Under the pieces are notes generated by a model that worked only from the letters and a program-made list of their open reading frames with translations, was not told where the DNA came from and did no database searches. This document shows, piece by piece, positions 40,748-53,800 of a stretch of DNA of 64,000 nt (position 1 is the stretch's first letter; each line of letters starts with the position of its first letter). This stretch comes from Octopus bimaculoides (Eukaryota): NCBI RefSeq assembly GCF_001194135.2, contig NC_068983.1, positions 153,374,704-153,438,703 on the forward strand, given 5' to 3'. The position numbers and the translations under genes were made by a program.

Positions 40748-43700
40748 TATATGTATACATATGTGTATGTAGAATAAATGTGTAAATGAAGAAAATTCAA
40801 ACTTATTGTCGGTTCTTTATTCACTTGGTTGTATGATTTTATCTATACCTAACACTCTACAACCATATAAGTATCAAATTCGAAGCAATTTTGTCAGTTC
40901 AGCTCTTTATATTCTCCTTGATAAAAATGTGCAATGGCAGCTTCTTAATTCACTCTTAAACACAATCTTGACAATCTTGCAGTATTTTAATAGCAGAGTC
41001 TGATGTAAAGTTCAGAACGAATCATTTACTCGTCGTAAGAAACGGTAAACATCGTTAAAAGTTGTTGTCTTCCTCCAGACAAAATCATTGTTCTTCATCG
41101 AATCAAGTTTGAAAATCACAATATAGGATTTTAGAAGTTTTCCGATAATTACCAGCTTGTGTGTTTGATGAGTGATTTTAAGAGTCCACGACTGCAAACT
41201 GTTATTTGGTCAGATTTCTTCCATAATAACTCTGCCAGAAACACGCAACTTTTGAAATAGCTATGATCGATAGAATCCAAACTATTTTGTCAACAAGTTT
41301 TTGATCGAAGATCAATCTCTTTTCCTTGGAGTTTCTAAAAGTCCATATATACTTCAGTTGCACATGCCTCGTAAATCTTTCCAGAACTTTGTGTTAAAGA
41401 TATTTCGGAAAACTGAAATGGAACTAGGGAGAGCAACTAATGATTTCCAACTGAACAGTCTTATTCTTGTCACACAATTTCGTCTGATGGATAGCTTGTA
41501 TTCTATTGTAATCTGATTTACTTTATTTCTTATTTTCGTTTTTTTTTTCTTCTTTCAATTGTAATGGAATCACTACGAATGTGGAAATTTCAATAGAATT
41601 TTATGTACAACGTTATATATGTGCACACACACAGACACATATACATATACATGTAAATGTATACACACACACGTATATATAAACACTCATGTTTGCTTAT
41701 ATATGTGTGTTTGTGTATGTCAGTCTATGTATTAGTACGCTTTTAGTTTTCTGTTGACTTTCGATACTTAACTAAAATTTCTGGTTTTGCTTCTCTGTAG
41801 ACAACTTTGAATCACTATCATTTAAATTCTGCGATGGCTTTGCAGTCACGTAATTAGACATGAGCTAGTTGATAACGTGTATTAATCGAGTGGTTCCGAT
41901 AGTGGATATTTCTGTCGTGTTTCTTTATATGTTTTTGCATTTTGCTGTTCGCGGATATTTATTGCATCTATCTACTTGCCCTTACTTGTCGGCATCATTT
42001 CAGTGTTGGAATAGATTTTTATTATAAGATACATGATTTAAAAATTTATTACATGATATAGTATTTCAAATCCAAATGAGAAGCATTTCAGTATATAGCG
42101 AATAGGTTATATCGATCCGCCGGATCACTAGAAAGGATTGTAGAAAATATGAATGATTTAAATAACATGATTTCTGATCTATGTTAAATCTATACCATAG
42201 AAATTTCAGAATTACTTTAAGATTGTTTTCTTGATATATTTCACAAATAGCTAATGAGAACTTGAATAATTAGAAACGGAAGAAATGATGACGACATGAT
42301 GGCGTATGCTTAGATTATTTGCAAAATTAATATATATATAATATACTCTTAGATTACCGTATAATACATTTCCTCATTTCTGCAAGCTTTAATTTAACAT
42401 ATCTTACTGTCATTTTCCGGTGTCATACCGTTACATGAAATATTGACGACTCATAGCTTCCATAAATATTGCAATATTGTGTAGTTTTGTAACTTTTACT
42501 GCAGTATAGACTACGATTACAATTGATTTGTGAAGAATAAATCTCAATAACACTTACTGGTAATATTTTAAATTAAATTCTCTGTTAACACAGTAAGAAT
42601 TCACTCTATAATGAAGCAAAAATGAATTCAAGAGTAGTTAATTGAAGTGAAATTACAAGTAATCAAACTTCAGTTAGAGGAGACTACCAGCAATAAAACA
42701 TAGACAAGAAGTGCAATTTAAATCAGTGCTGCGTGACATAGTTTCGTGTAAACTAATGTGAAGAGTAATATATAAAGTGTACCCCCGGAAGAAGAAAGTA
42801 GGAAAATGTAGTAGTGTATATTCTAACTTAATGGAATATCTAGAAGTGGAGTTCAATGCTGCGTGGAACTGAATATAATCGACTGTGAGATAATTCAAAC
42901 ACTACTTCACGAAGACAAATTCAATGTGCAGCTGCACAGGTTTACTTAATAACATTTAGAAACGTTTTAGTTTGCATAAATAACTTAATGTATTGTTATG
43001 TAATAGACTGTAATATAGGCTACGTGTATACTCGTTTACTAATCTCAGCAAGTTATATATTACCATCAAAGGACACTAACAGTGTTATTTCAAATTCTCG
43101 TTGTATTTAGTACACTTCAAATGAATGCAAATTTTTTGACCTCAGTCCCCCACTCAATTCAATTAATTTTAAATGCAAATATGAGAATAATTATAATTAA
43201 CTACAATTAAAATTCAGAAAATAAGTTTATTCTTTTCGAAGGACCGGAAAAAGGTTAATCTGTTTTCCCGACACATTTGAGATAAGGTTCAGTTTCTGGC
43301 TTAAGACATAATACAGCAGGTTTTTCATTTCAGTGTATGATTGCGATCACAGTGAGCCACTTCATACGTATTTGATAGGTTTGAAAGTTCAAATCGGTTT
43401 CCTACATTCTATGAAAATAGAGGCAAATTTAAACATTGAAAACGAAATAAAGATATTTTGTATGAATGTTAGGTGTCAGCGCATGTATTCTTTCCGTCTC
43501 TATTTATCTGATTCTTTTTCTTTCACCTTATTTCTTTTTCTCTCTCATTCTCTCTCACTCTCCCTCTTTCTCCTTTTCTCATCGAATATACACTAGAATT
43601 AAGAAGAAAGAATGAGGTGAATGTGACAGGTATTAGAGAAATATATATTTGAAGCAGTGTGAGATGGAATTAAAATCAGGGAAAAAGTCACAACACAGCA

Positions 43701-44429
43701 GTGGAAATATTAACAAAAGAAGGAATGTTATACTACGTAATTTATTCTGATATTTACGCAATTAATATAAATTGATACTAGAAGTAAATAATTACTGAAT
43801 ATTGATTATAAAACAATTCGAAATGAACGCTAGAATATTTATAAGTTAGACATATAATAAGTAATCAAAAGGATTTGAAACGGTAACGCTTATATCGTGG
43901 TGAAGGGTTAACAACGTATACGCGTAAGAGTAATGTTATTCATTTATTTAAAGTAAACCCGAAAGAACTCTAAAACTTTAGCTTAGAAGAAATACGTAGA
44001 AATATTACAACAAAACAGAAAGAAACAAAAACAAAAGAAAATAACAATCATAGTACTATTTTCGTTGTACAATAGAAAGACTAGCAGTCTATATCCATGC
44101 ATTTACAATTAATAACATTTTCAAACCTTCCGTATTGTTCTGGCTCGAATTGGTTCCTGGTTACAGGATTTAAATTCACACCGAAGTCCTTCTAGAGACT
44201 ATAAAGATTATGGTCTAGTACAGAGAGACAACAAGGTAACGCCGTTAGTAGGAGAGGCTGGGAAGTTGAAAGGGGAGAGAAAGTGTATGTCGGAATGAAA
44301 CGGGGGACGCTGAGCTAAGAGAAGTTAAGAGAAGTTTGTATAAGTTAAGGCACTAGTGAACATGACAACAGGAATGGACAGGTAGATGAAAGGGACAATT
44401 GAGAAATTAGCAATTAGCAATTGACAAAC

Positions 44430-45075
44430 GAAAAACGAAAAATAAGAAGGGAAGAAATCAGTTCATCATCCGTAAAGATTGCGTATCCTGGCAGCATCGT
44501 CTCAGAGTCGAGTAGAATAGAAGACATGAGGTCCATGAAAGGCAAGGCCTCGAATGCTTTCAGCAATTTTCCACCGGTCTGGAACTCCAAAGCCATAACT
44601 CTCGAAATAAAATTTCTCGTTTTCTTTTCCAATGCCAAAGCCGTTATTCTTCACGGCCCAGAAACTGGGAGAGTCACCAAAGCCATAAAGAGTAAGCTTC
44701 AGACCATCGTCAACAAATGTCTGCGCTACATCCTCGAGATTTGGTGACCAAACAAAATTTCAAACTGAATTTTGTTGGATAGAACCAAACAAGATCCCGT
44801 CAATCAAGAATTTCTGAAAAGGAAATGGTGCTCGATGTATCACTCTCAAATGTTGCCACAGAATAACATTGCAAGACAAATGTAAGACTGGCGCCCTGAA
44901 GGAAACTGGAAAATTAGATGGCTTAAAGAGATCTGGTAAAGATGCGCGGAGAACAAAGTGAAGCCGATCGGTCTCTTTTGGTCTGAAATCAGGGAGTGTT
45001 AACTAAATATCGTATCCACTGGCACGAAATGATCTCGGCTCTGCACTCCTTATGGATTAATGTGGACTAACTAAT
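44430..45075 (+). mobile_element. RTE-clade LINE 3' fragment
   Basis: ORF 44421-44747 reads IAYPGSIVS..EDMRSMKGKASNAF..VWNSKAITLEIK..FFSNAKAVILHGPETGRVTKAIKSKLQTIVNKCLRYILEIW, then decayed RKW..IARQM*DWRPEG and ISALHS. Confidence 0.85.
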
Positions 45076-45627
45076 TTAACAAATAACATTTAGAAGTAAA
45101 GATATGGAATGTTTCTTCGAACCAAATGTCGCATTTAAGTTTATCGCTAGCATATGGTAGACTTTACTTATGATGGACCATTTCTATCTTTTAAGCTCCA
45201 AATATATTTACGTAAGGAACTACAGTTTCACTTTTTCTGAATTTAAGTGATGAGAGATGATTATATCATCGCATTTTTTAAGCTTATTCCACAACAACCT
45301 ATGTAACAGGACGTATATTCATAAACTGTCACATTACATTTGCTGATTTTTTTTTTTTTTTCACCAGTATTGATTCTCGAGAGATTATTGGAGGCTGAAT
45401 TTATCATAGCATAGAATATTTGTATCACCAATATAAGAAATGTTATTAGTAATATTCTTATTTATTGTATTTTAAGATCAAAGTGTTATGACAGGAATAA
45501 TATACAAGATGCACTATCAAATTCACAGCTCAAGCCATTTGTTTCAGAGGAGAACAAGTATAGGTTTTTCTTCTCGGTACCTTCTATTAATTCGCTGTTA
45601 TAAATATTAATACCAAAGTCGTTACTA

Positions 45628-45787
45628 CCATTCCTGTTAACATCATCATCATCATCATCATCATCACCATCACCATCATCATCATCGTCGTCGTCGTCGT
45701 CGTCGTCGTCATCATCATCATCATCATCATCATCATCGTCATCATCATAATCATCATCATCATCATCATCATCAGCCTCAGCTTCAG

Positions 45788-45851
<64 letters not shown>
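45628..45851. repeat. Compound trinucleotide microsatellite (CAT)n(CGT)n(CAT)n..(TTA)n
   Basis: Seen directly. Confidence 0.95.
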
Positions 45852-45854
<3 letters not shown>

Positions 45855-46055
45855 CAGTAGTTTTATTTTTATAGCGTGCTTTCACTTCACTACGAAGCGC
45901 AGATCTGTGTAACTTGGATATATGCTGTGGTTTTGCTGTGATATTTTAATGGTTATTGTATTGAAAGTGTTTTGCGTAGGATGTTTGTAGTGCCCAGTAG
46001 TGCAATTTTCTGTATGTTATATATATTTGTAAGTCCTTGTGTTTTTGTTATGTAT
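45852..46055 (-). mobile_element. 3' end of R4/Dong-like element family A, ending in an (AAT)n tract
   Basis: Minus translation ITKTQGLTNIYNIQKIALLGTTNILRKTLSIQ* plus a 3'UTR homologous to 1790-1900. Confidence 0.8.
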
Positions 46056-46199
46056 AACAAATAGACAAATGAATCTTCGAACCCTTTGGGTCTGCAGAGG
46101 TCAAATGTGTTTACTACTACCAGTGACTACTGAGAACTCTGCCTTCAAAAGAAGCAATTCAACCTGATCTATTTGTAATTACTGGTAGAAAAAACAATA

Positions 46200-46646
46200 A
46201 TATATATATATATAAAATTGAGAATGTATGTGTGTGTCCGTGTGTGTCTGTGTGAATCCCTAAAACTCCAGAACTACACAACCAATTTCATTCAAATTTT
46301 ACACATGCCTTACTTGTGGTCTCGGTTGTGTTTTAGTCAAAACATTTTTTTAACTTCTTGCATTAGAAATGCATGAATTTAATAACAATGTTCTTGATAT
46401 TCCGGTTCGAATGACATGAGTGTTTTTGTTTCACTTTTGACACGTAATACTTAAATAGAGATATGATGTTGCTGTGACAAAAAAAAAATCTTAAAATACA
46501 ATGTAATTGTACCAAAAATTTCCATTACTAGCAGAAACTGAAATAATTTTTTTTCGGATAGCAACTTGTAAATTATTTTTCCAGGATAAATTTACAAGGT
46601 ACATAGTATTCTAACCTCTTAAAGCAACGCTTTAGAAATTATTAGT
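46200..46646 (+). mobile_element. Probable non-autonomous Helitron-like element
   Basis: 5' pattern tatatataaaattgagaatgtatgtgtgtgtccgtg..ctacacaaccaatttcattcaaattttacac recalls invertebrate Helitron-N heads; the degenerate 3' end gcaacgc...ttagt is CTAGT-like. Based on recalled pattern only. Confidence 0.4.
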
Positions 46647-47369
46647 TTACCGAATTGAATCTTCCGATGCAGATAACAGTGACACAAAACAATTATATAA
46701 GGCTAAATATACACTCGTTTCGCTCGCACAGTATTCGATGCATGGGTGAAATACGCCTCCTAAATTTGTTCAGAATTCTATTAAACCGTTAGTAATTATA
46801 AAGTAAAAGATCAGAATTGGTGACTTTCTCCATCTCTACTGACTAATATCCATTTGGCTAAAATAGATTATTAGCATAAGTTTTTGTCACGCACCATACA
46901 AATATAACAAAACATTCATGAATTTATTAACACTAAAATACTGACAATAAATGACTTTCTAGTGTATGTGCGTTTCAAATTTATGGTTCTGGAGTCACGA
47001 AAAGAATCCATGTTTATGCTCATGAAGTAGATGAAAATATCACTTGTTCTTTGAATTGTAATGGAATAGGTGGTAGTGTTCAAATGTTCCTTCTCCTTTT
47101 TTTTCAGAAATCCAATCAAATCTTCAGGTAGTGTTGGATAATAGTATTTCTATTTGTTTGGAAATGTTTTTGATTACATATATTGAGATTGGTTCTGTTA
47201 TTCAATCGTTCAAATACCCGCTACAGTGACTCTCAGAGGTCGATTGAACATCTATAAATAACACACACTTACAACACATGCCAGAGTCTATTTGTGTGTC
47301 AGTGTCTCTTTGCCAAGTTCTGAAAAATACGTAAGAATATATATTTACATACACATACATACATACATA

Positions 47370-47403
<34 letters not shown>

Positions 47404-47419
47404 CTCTCTCTCTCTATCT

Positions 47420-47458
<39 letters not shown>

Positions 47459-47472
47459 GCATATATATGTAT

Positions 47473-47513
<41 letters not shown>

Positions 47514-49303
47514 GCATTGTATGTGTGTATGTATTTATACATATAAACCTGCACACACGCTTATATATATACATACACACAGATAAATGCAGAAACTTGG
47601 AGAGAGAGACTTAGTAACGCGTGTTATGTTTATATAAACATATGCTTCATTGTTTGAAATATCATGTTACCTTTTTTGTAGCAACAATAATTCTGTTTCT
47701 TTGAATTATATTACTTTTCACCCTGTTAACAATGATATAATTGCGTCTACAATGTTACATTTACGTGTATACATCTATTTTCATGTTTTCTTAGAATGCT
47801 GGTGAAAAAAATATATTCGTGTAATTTATGTTTAACTATATGTATGAAAAAATAAATAAGAGTATTCACAAAATATTTTAAGAAAGAGAACTACAAAAAA
47901 AGTTGAATATATTTTTTATTGCAGAGCTCAAATCTGTTTTCACTTTAGAGAGAAAAGTATGTACTAGTGCATGCTGAACGTCAGTGACATTTGTTGCTAA
48001 TTTTTATGTTTGCGAATGATTTTATGCGGATGATATGTATATTTTTGAAACAATGTTATTTTCTTTCTCATGTATTGTAGCTGCTCAAATTTATTGATAA
48101 TTTTTGTTCAGTCTTTCATATAGTATTTTATATCTTTATTATATATACACCAATGTTTCTTATCCTACTCAAATACATATTCAAATTATCAGAGTTATCT
48201 CTCTCTTACCACACATAATTTAATCTTGGCACATATAACTTGGGATTATAGTTAACTTCAACAAATCACAGACTACGTTGTAATATATAAAAAATTTGTT
48301 TCATAATGCAAATGTAATTGCATATAGATATAATATACATATAAACATTATATATATATATATATNNNNNNNNNNNNNNNNNNNNNNNNNNNNNNNNNNN
48401 NNNNNNNNNNNNNNNNNNNNNNNNNNNNNNNNNNNNNNNNNNNNNNNNNNNNNNNNNNNNNNNNNNNNNNNNNNNNNNNNNNNNNNNNNNNNNNNNNNNN
48501 NNNNNNNNNNNNNNNNNNNNNNNNNNNNNNNNNNNNNNNNNNNNNNNNNNNNNNNNNNNNNNNNNNNNNNNNNNNNNNNNNNNNNNNNNNNNNNNNNNNN
48601 NNNNNNNNNNNNNNNNNNNNNNNNNNNNNNNNNNNNNNNNNNNNNNNNNNNNNNNNNNNNNNNNNNNNNNNNNNNNNNNNNNNNNNNNNNNNNNNNNNNN
48701 NNNNNNNNNNNNNNNNNNNNNNNNNNNNNNNNNNNNNNNNNNNNNNNNNNNNNNNNNNNNNNNNTATATGTATATGAATTTATTAACGTGTGGTTTGATA
48801 TAAAAAAATCTAGATAGGCATTTACGGTAAGAACGTCCAATACTACCAGAAAAATTATTAGTTATACATTTCAAAGAAAATGTTGATAGCTGCTGCAAAA
48901 TCTCGACGACCGTAACTCTGTACCTATCGTAGCTTCACCCTTCATATGTGTGTATGTGCAAGCCCCCCCCCTCACACGCATACACAGACACACGCACGCA
49001 CACACATACATTTATACGCATATACGTAAGCGTATATACCACATTGTCTACCAATACATCATGCATGTGTTTTGTACGTATGTGTACGTGTGTTTGTGTG
49101 TTTGTGTATATGTTCGTGCGTGCGATTTTCATGCATGAAATATCACGAACAGAAACCAAAAAGTGTATTTTCCACAAATTTAATTTTCGAACTGTTTGTG
49201 ATGACCGAATGACACATACTCATTTGTCATTCTCCTCGTCATGAATTAGGTACGTCAATTATTAAAACCCCTAGAAACTGCAAGAAACGTCCGTGCTACT
49301 CAC

Positions 49304-49343
49304 CAATAATGTCATAAACGAAAAATAAAATGCAGATGATTTC
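49304..49343 (-). CDS. Candidate 40-nt micro-exon of a membrane protein (EIICILFFVYDII or KSSAFYFSFMTLL)
   Basis: Textbook splice sites: ttaatttccttatgcactcag|GAA...ATTG|GTGAGT. Two frames are open and both are hydrophobic. Confidence 0.45.
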
Positions 49344-50816
49344 CTGAGTGCATAAGGAAATTAAGTCACGGAATCACTGGGTAATGATCAAATGTTCAAG
49401 TAAAATATTTTACGAAGAGTAGTATAATATTTGTTGAAGTAAAACCTACGTCTCAATTCACAAATGTTGAAGATGCAGACATGTAACCGAAGAGTAGTGG
49501 AAAGTTACGCTGAATCACCCAGTAGGTAATTATTGCGCTGCGAATACATTGAACTGCGGTTGTTTGTTTTTGTCCTTGTGTCAGTTTCTGAAAACTAGGT
49601 CAACATTCGTGGATCAGAAAAGAAAAGAGGGTTCTGGTTCTTACAATTCATGTATTGCGCCTCTTATGAAGGAGTGAATTGCCCAATCAAAATGAAGATT
49701 ATGCAGTTTGATAAAGGTGGAAATATGCAGATACTTTATGACCATTTCTTGTAGGATGAGTGATCAGGTAGCGATGATATTTAATGCATCGCATTGTTGC
49801 TCCATGCACTGTTATCCAATTTACAAAAAAATTGTTTATATCTTCTATATACTACATATTTATATATGAGCTCTTTGACATGTACACATATTACATATAT
49901 ATGGATGTCAGGGCCGAATAGTTTTAGGACCGAATACACATATAGGACGGAATATATTTAAACATTCCCTCTTGAAGATAAATGAAGACCAGCAGGACAG
50001 GTTCGTTTTTGGTGCACTGATTGTTATAATCTATGGCTTAGCCGTTTTTATTTTTATCTCTACGATCTTCTTTTCTATTAAAAATAGATGAATTTTTCCT
50101 TCTTTCGTTCCCATTCCTTTATTAATTCTAATAAAATGTGACTTATGGAGAATCCATTTCAGAATGATATTAGATATATCTCCAACTTATTACACTGAAA
50201 AATTTCAAATAGCATGATGATATTTAACATCAAAAAGACATCAAATGCTTAACTGTTGATATTGTGTGGGGAAAAAGGGGGCAATTGGATTGTATGGTTC
50301 TACATTTTACATAAATTTACTGGAAGAGGAATATTCCTCGGTTTAAAAAAGAAAAAATAACTCTAGAAACTTACGAAGCGGGTCCGAACCAACTATAATT
50401 ACAGACATCAATCTCTACTATATTATAGCCAAATGAATCATAAATCAATGCTCCAACTTTCAAAAGCGAAATTATTTAAAATTAATGAATCTAGCCTACT
50501 AAGATATAAAGACGAGAAATGATTTTATTTCTTTACCTAATATATTATACCTATTATCGATTTATTTATTATGTTTAACTATATAGTTTAAACATATTTA
50601 AGATGATTCGTATAAAAGTTCATAACAGAAAAATGATTCCATTAGATTGCAGAATTCAAATAGTCAGACACTACGTCTAGTATGAATATGTTGTGCAAAA
50701 TTGACTGCAAGTTTTATAATTGAGTATATTCTCAAACGATGGAAAATCTAAATCTGCTGAGTGAGGTTGACATTTCGATTGGAGATGGATTTATACAGCA
50801 TACACAAACATACATA

Positions 50817-51017
50817 TATATAGTTGAAATGTGCGGAAAAACAAAAGACGGACACAGGTGTATGAACATCAAGCAGGTGTATTAGTTTGACGCTCGGGGA
50901 AGTGAGAAAGTCTTTTAGATTTCCAGTCTATACGCTCTTCAACAGAAAGGAATAAGAGAAAATAAAAAGAGACAGAAAAAAACTTGTGAGTTTAGCAATC
51001 AAGCATGGTGACTAGTT
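50817..51017 (-). mobile_element. Interspersed repeat (family P2) carrying a decayed hammerhead-like motif
   Basis: Homologous to 61347-61550 (atatagtt.aaat..a.aaaaacaaaagac, gcaggtgtatta, gctcttcaacagaaaggaataagagaaaat, atcaagcatggtgact). Confidence 0.75.
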
Positions 51018-51497
51018 AGGAAAAAAACATCATCATCATCATTATTCATTGCCATAATATTCTATTGTTACAGCAATAACAACTACTACTATCGCTCCTT
51101 GTTTTCTCACCACTGTCCACCTCAAATTGAATGTATACCTCACAGGTCCGTGATAAATCTCCCAACTGTAAATAAAGTAACATAATACACACATGATACC
51201 CTATAATACGATACACACACGATACTCTTATAATATACCAGTTTTCTCAATGCAAGTGACTATACATATGCAGCAACTGCAATTTCACTCATTTACCTGG
51301 GACAAAACTAGCAATTTATACAAGCAACACCAGCCAACGCCAAAACACACATCTTACACCCTGCCACTGTACCCACCACCATCGTCCTTCACCACTTGTA
51401 TGTAATTTTTCAAATTTCTACCTTCTGTACAATTTTGAAATCAATTTGTCTGTTCCACTTTGTGTGTGTGTGTATTCTCTTTTATTCTTTTATACAT

Positions 51498-52230
51498 GGT
51501 ACAGTCATTTGACAGTTGCCATTTTGGAGCACCACCTTTAGTCCAAAAAATCAATCCTAGATCTTATTCTTTGTAATCCTTGTACTTATCCCAACGGTCT
51601 CTTTTGCTGAACCGCTAAGTTTGAGGGACATAAACACACCAACATCGGTTGACAAGCGATGATGGGAGGACAAACACAAACACATACAAGCATACTATAT
51701 ATATATATAAAGTTGTAGTATATTGTCAACTTAATGTGACAATCCCAATAAGGAGAAACATGCCTCTCTATCCGGCTGGCAAGCTACTTCAGGCTGATAA
51801 CGAGCAAAGACTCAGAAACATGTCCCTGAATGCTGGCTAGGCTGGGTGGGGGAGCTTGTCTCCCCTTCACAAACTTAAGGACACAGTAAATGTGTCAAGG
51901 CCGACAGGAAGCGGTCCAGCTTCCTAGGGCTAAACAGCAGTAGTGTATTCCCTTATTGGGATTGTCACGTTAAGTTGACAATATACTACAACTTTGTCGC
52001 TCCACTACTGCTTAAATCTCTCTGAGAGATTTAGAAATATTATATTTCTAATTATATATATATATATATATATATACACGACGGGCTTCTTTTAATTTCC
52101 GTCTACCAAATCCACTCACAAGGCTTTAGTGAGCCGGAGGCTATAGTAGAAGACACTTGCGGAAGGTGTCTCGCAGAGGGACTGAACATGAAACCATTTA
52201 GTTGGGAAGCAAGCTTCTTACCACACAGCT
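51498..52230 (-). mobile_element. S3 SINE split by a 340-bp insertion in its internal (TA)n tract (tail 51498-51695, head 52078-52230)
   Basis: Minus head gctgtgtggtaagaagcttgcttcccaac..gttcagtcc; tail gtgtttgtcctccc.atcatcgcttgtcaaccgatgttgg..ggtgctcca..aaatgactg. Confidence 0.8.
51709..52051. mobile_element. Unclassified inverted-repeat cassette (45-bp IRs, asymmetric hairpin-rich right end)
   Basis: 51709-51753 vs 51951-51995 match 44/45 inverted. Two abutting perfect palindromes lie at 52013-52033 and 52031-52051. Confidence 0.8.
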
Positions 52231-52279
52231 GGTGTTAGAGTACCTTTAATGCTATGTGTTCTATATATATAACAGCCGC

Positions 52280-53800
52280 TTATATTTTCATTGCTGGTGA
52301 CTTCAACTGCCCCGAAATTGAATGGGAAACTTTCCTTTGGCCGCAAAGCGCAGACGATTTCCTTGATGTAGTGCTTGATGCAATCTGGCCCCTAGTAGTC
52401 ATCTCTTCACACAAGAGGTAATAACACTTTGGACCTCCTCTTTACCACCACTCCTGAAACTGGTATCTGTGTTACGACGAAGGAACCTCTAGGCGACTCC
52501 GATCATGCAATGATCGTTGCCAATCTATCTCTTATAGGCGGAAGAAAGAAGCACCACTACCTTCAAGTCACTCGCTTTGACTGGAACAAAGCGGACTGGA
52601 ACTGTTATCGAAAGGAGTTTTTGAAAGGAGTTACGATTCAAACTCGTTTGAATTTTATGTTTCAGGGGAAGGCAATATTGTTTGTCATAATATCCTCAGT
52701 GTAATCTGGGCTGCACGTGAAGCTTCAGTACCGCGCAATTTGGGAGACTGCAGCACTTCCACTTGCCAAGAAAGTGTGATGCTGAACAGAAATACAGACA
52801 GCATAGAAAAGATGAGAACAGAAGACGCAACAGATCATCCAACTGTCTCAAGCAAGTGACGAAAAAGGCAGTGCTTGAGTTTGAACGACGTATAACAACT
52901 ATCCCTGACAGCAAAATGTTCTCGATATATGTGCGTTCGAAACAGACCTCACTCCCCAGTTAGTCCTCTTTACAATCCCCACACAGGTCGGATCCCCAAT
53001 GACCCCTAGGAATGCGCTGAGCTTATTGCTAAATGTTATGCTAGTATTTTTACTGCTGAAAATCCCAATGTACTTTCTTCGCCAACTCTGACATCAAATT
53101 CCGTATCAACTATGAAGTTCATACCCGGAATGCTGCAAAGCCACCTCAAGAATAAGCGTAACTATGCCTCTTCTGGTCATAATGGCTTTAATTATGTGCT
53201 TCTCAAACATTGTGGATTCTTTCTGTTGCACCAGCTTTCTTCCTTGTTTAATTCTGTCTTAACAATTGTGTCAATCCAGAACAGTGGGAAATTGCCAGTG
53301 TCGTTCACCTGTTCAAAAAAGGTGATCGTACATCACCTCTCAACTACTGTAGACTAAGCTGTACTAGCTGCATCGCCAAACTGATGAGGAACACTGGAAC
53401 GTTTGGAGCTCTCACAGCTTTATTCGACTCTCACAATTCCAGCATCAAGTTTCTTGGGGACATCACTCTAGTTAATAAGATAACTTCTGGTGTACCACAG
53501 GGATCTGTTCTTGGACCCCAAATGTTTGTTGCATATTTTAATGATATAGGTGGCAATTTGAGGAATGTTACGGTGCTGAAATATGCAGATGACATCAAGG
53601 TGTACTTCGAAATAAAAAGAACAGTCCTATGCGCTATAGATCTTTCCTGTAGTCACACCTGGATACAATGCAGCAATGGCAACTCACGCTAGCTGTGGAG
53701 AAGTGCATCACCATGCATTCTGGGAGCAATAATCCACCCTTTACATACTCTCTCAGCAAACCCAGTCCCAGAAGTCTTCTAGCGGGAGTGATCTGGGCAT
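52280..53800 (+). mobile_element. Decayed CR1/L2-group LINE (APE C-terminus + RT)
   Basis: IAGDFNCPEIEW, TRGNNTLDLLFT..PLGDSDHAMI, TSGVPQGSVLGPQMFVAYFNDI..LKYADDIKVY, QWQLTLAVEKCITMH. Confidence 0.9.

Noticed and set aside
45587-45790. Poly-Met/Thr ORF; also poly-Lys, Leu, Phe and Asn ORFs at 58079-59231
   Set aside because: Trinucleotide microsatellites read in different frames.
46960-47130. Plus-strand exon-like stretch (CAFQIYGSGVTKRIHVYAHEVDENITCSLNCNGIG) and a strong acceptor at about 47107
   Set aside because: Donors are poor, there is no homology, and no consistent plus-strand gene model emerges.
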